From contig JAGWMP010000001.1 of the NCBI GenBank assembly GCA_028871705.1, positions 1 through 58,109 on the forward strand: 58,109 nucleotides of DNA, read 5' to 3'. The notes beneath the pieces are model-generated. The model did no database searches. It worked only from the letters and a program-made list of their open reading frames with translations, and was not told where the DNA came from. The DNA is from Gammaproteobacteria bacterium (GTDB lineage: Bacteria > Pseudomonadota > Gammaproteobacteria > Steroidobacterales > Steroidobacteraceae). Below are positions 55,927-58,109 of this stretch, in pieces. Within the stretch, counting starts at the first letter, position 1. Each line of letters begins with the position of its first letter. A program made the translations under genes and the position numbers.

Positions 55927-56020
55927 GCGGCCAAGTGTAATTCAAGTCCGTACAATGCCCGGGTTCCGGGGCGCCGCCCTCAGGCAGGCGCGGCTCGAGA
56001 GGAATTGAGGAGAGCAGCGC

Positions 56021-58109
56021 GTGTCCGCAGTCAACTACCGCCTCGCCGGCGACGTCGCCATCCTCGAGATCGCCAATCCGCCGGTCAACGCGTTGAGCCT
56101 CGCCGTGCGCGAAGGCCTGATGGAGGGACTCGAGCGCGCGGCGGCCGATCCGGCCGTGGTGGGCGTGGTGATCGCCGGTGCCGGCGGCGCCTTTCCCGCG
56201 GGCGCCGACATCAACGAGATCGCTTCCGGGCTCGCGCTCAAGGCGCCGATGATCCTCGACGTGCAGGCGCGCATGGAGGCGATGCGCAAACCGCTGGTTG
56301 CAGCGCTCGAGGGCAACGCGCTCGGCGGCGGCTTCGAGCTGGCACTCACCTGCCACTGGCGCGTGGCGACGCCCGCCACCCGCGTCGGCCTCCCGGAGGT
56401 GAAGCTCGGGCTCATTCCGGGGGCGGGCGGCACGCAGCGCTTCACGCGCCTCGCCGGACCGGAGGCGGCGCTCGATGCGATCACCTCCGGCGCGCAGCTC
56501 CCGGCGGCGCGCGCCCACGCGCTCGGGCTCGTCGATGCGCTGGCCGCGGATGCCGTCACCGCCGCCGCCGGGCTCGCCCGCCAGGCCGTGCGCGAAGGCT
56601 GGCCGCTGCGCCTGGCGAGCGATGTGGACGAGCGCATCCGCGAGGTGAGCGGCGCGCCGTTCAGCGCCTTTCGCCAGAAGCTCGCCACGCGCGCCCGCGG
56701 GCAGCTGGCGCCCTGGAAGATCATCGACTGCATCGAGGCGGCCTGCACGCGCGCGAAGGCCGAGGCGTTTCGCTTCGAGCGCGATTGCTTCATCGAATGC
56801 CGCGACAGCCCGCAGCGGCGCGCGCTCACCCACCTGTTCTTCGCCGAGCGCGAGGCGCGGCGGATTCCGGGCGTCGGGCCCGAGGTGAGGCCGCGCGGCA
56901 TCGCGAGCGCCGCGGTGATCGGCGCGGGCACCATGGGTGGGGGCATCGCCATGTGCTTCGCCAACGCGGGCATCCCGGTGCGGCTGCTGGAGGTGTCGGC
57001 GGAGGCGCTCGAGCGCGGTCTCGCGCTGATCCGCAAGAACTACGCCGCCTCGGTGTCGCGCGGCAGCCTCACGCCCGAGCGCGCCGAGCGTGCGCTGGCG
57101 CTCATCCAGGGGGTCACCGACTACGGTGCGCTCGGGAGCGCCGACATCATCATCGAGGCGGTGTTCGAGGACATGCAGGTCAAGCGGGAGGTGTTCGCGC
57201 GTCTCGACCGCGTCGCGGGCGCGCAGGCCATTCTCGCCACCAACACCTCCACGCTCGACATCGATGCGATCGCCGCGGCGACCGCGCGGCCGCAGCAGGT
57301 GGTGGGCACGCACTTCTTCAGCCCGGCGAACGTCATGAAGCTGCTCGAGAACGTGCGCGGCACGGCGAGCTCGCCCGAGACGCTCGCCACCGTCATGGCG
57401 CTCGGCAAGACCCTCGGCAAGGTCGCCGTGCTCGCCGGCAACTGCGACGGCTTCATCGGCAACCGCATGCTGATGTACTACGGCTCCGAATCCGAATTCC
57501 TGCTCGAGGAGGGCGCGACGCCCGAGCAGATCGACCGGGTGATGGAAGGCTTTGGCTTCGCCATGGGCCCGCTCGCGGTGCGCGACCTCGCCGGCAACGA
57601 CGTCGGCTTCCTCATCCGCAAGGGCCGCAAGCTCCCCCCCGACGAGCGCTTCTCGCCGATTCTCGAGCGGCTGGTGGCGGCGGGGCGGCTCGGTCAGAAG
57701 GCGGGCAAGGGGTTTTACCGCTACGAGGGCCGCACACGCCATGCCGATCCCGAGGTGCTCGCCCTCATCGAGGGCGTGTCGCGGGACCTCGGCATCCGGC
57801 GCCGGCAGATCGCCGATGAGGAGATTCTCGATCGCCTGCTGCACCCGCTGGTCAACGAGGGCGCAAAGATCGTCGCCGAAGGGATCGCGCTGCGCAGCGG
57901 CGACATCGACGTCGTGTACGTGAACGGCTACGGCTTTCCGGCCTGGCGCGGCGGGCCCATGTACTGGGCCGAGCAGGCGGGTCTCACGCGCGTGGTGGAG
58001 ACCATGCGGCGGCTCGCGCCGCTGCGCGGGGCGCGCTGGCGGCCGGCGCCGCTGCTCGAGCGGCTGGCGGCGGCGGGGCAGGGATGGAGCGGCGCAGCGG
58101 CGCGCGGCT
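56021..58109 (+). CDS. Multifunctional enoyl-CoA hydratase / 3-hydroxyacyl-CoA dehydrogenase (FadB/FadJ-like), 3'-truncated
   Basis: This gene is not in the ORF track because no stop occurs before the window end. Hand translation from the GTG at 56021 (in-frame TGA at 56006, GAGGAG upstream) gives VSAVNYRLAGDVAILEIANPPVNAL...GGGFELALTCH..VGLPEVKLGLIPGAGGTQR (crotonase). It continues with VIGAGTMGGGIAMCFANAGIPV (NAD-binding). Confidence 0.85.
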   Translation, partial: MSAVNYRLAGDVAILEIANPPVNALSLAVREGLMEGLERAAADPAVVGVVIAGAGGAFPAGADINEIASGLALKAPMILDVQARMEAMRKPLVAALEGNALGGGFELALTCHWRVATPATRVGLPEVKLGLIPGAGGTQRFTRLAGPEAALDAITSGAQLPAARAHALGLVDALAADAVTAAAGLARQAVREGWPLRLASDVDERIREVSGAPFSAFRQKLATRARGQLAPWKIIDCIEAACTRAKAEAFRFERDCFIECRDSPQRRALTHLFFAEREARRIPGVGPEVRPRGIASAAVIGAGTMGGGIAMCFANAGIPVRLLEVSAEALERGLALIRKNYAASVSRGSLTPERAERALALIQGVTDYGALGSADIIIEAVFEDMQVKREVFARLDRVAGAQAILATNTSTLDIDAIAAATARPQQVVGTHFFSPANVMKLLENVRGTASSPETLATVMALGKTLGKVAVLAGNCDGFIGNRMLMYYGSESEFLLEEGATPEQIDRVMEGFGFAMGPLAVRDLAGNDVGFLIRKGRKLPPDERFSPILERLVAAGRLGQKAGKGFYRYEGRTRHADPEVLALIEGVSRDLGIRRRQIADEEILDRLLHPLVNEGAKIVAEGIALRSGDIDVVYVNGYGFPAWRGGPMYWAEQAGLTRVVETMRRLAPLRGARWRPAPLLERLAAAGQGWSGAAARG

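Noticed and set aside
54755-57844. 1029-aa minus-strand ORF and 963-aa plus-strand ORF (54928..57819)
   Set aside because: Both cross the boundary between the FAD oxidoreductase (minus) and the fadB-like gene (plus) and are Arg/Gly/Ala-rich. The real plus-strand gene is in the third frame, starts at 56021 and is missing from the track because it has no stop in the window.

Overview
This is a 58.1-kb, visibly very GC-rich and gene-dense chromosomal segment of Gram-negative (proteobacterial) type. I support about 46 protein-coding genes. I found no rRNA, tRNA, CRISPR array, IS element or phage gene by eye. All product calls rest on motifs and remembered reference sequences (E. coli PatD, CaiD and ArnA; P. 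aeruginosa AruH, AruI, CdhA, HutG and GbcA), not on database searches.

Layout:
- 1-3.2 kb: a hydantoinase/oxoprolinase-family gene (5' truncated) followed by a CrtI/PYROXD2-like flavoprotein.
- 3.2-7.5 kb: arginine-transaminase pathway genes aruI and aruH, arranged divergently, plus an APC amino-acid permease.
- 7.6-10 kb: a secreted S53 (sedolisin) peptidase and yidB.
- 10.2-21.2 kb: an L-carnitine / gamma-butyrobetaine catabolic cluster. It holds an L-carnitine dehydrogenase-thioesterase fusion, a TetR regulator, a BKACE enzyme, a thioesterase, an ADP-forming acyl-CoA synthetase, a CaiD-like hydratase and an acyl-CoA dehydrogenase. A PAS/GAF/GGDEF*/EAL c-di-GMP protein is its last gene.
- 21.2-37.1 kb: the most interesting block, an amine-catabolic system I cannot assign to a characterised pathway. 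One Pot-type ABC importer is split over three transcription units. Its partners are a frameshifted patD-like aldehyde dehydrogenase, a GbcA/CntA-type Rieske oxygenase, a TetR regulator, a class-III aminotransferase, two tandem CrtI/PYROXD2-like flavoproteins, a GcvT-like folate-fold protein and a TonB-dependent receptor. Two of the units diverge from a perfect 18-bp palindrome.
- 37.2-41.8 kb: murJ, a small OMP, and hutG and hutF head to head.
- 41.9-49.0 kb: an L-Ara4N lipid A modification (arn) operon in which arnA is split and its two halves sit at opposite ends.
- 49.1-58.1 kb: an ECF sigma factor with a His-rich membrane protein, qor, a fatty-acid desaturase, Lrp and ald (divergent), yceI, a FAD oxidoreductase and a 3'-truncated fadB-like gene. 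The fadB-like gene is absent from the ORF track because it runs off the window.

Many long ORFs in the track are GC-driven shadow frames and were rejected.
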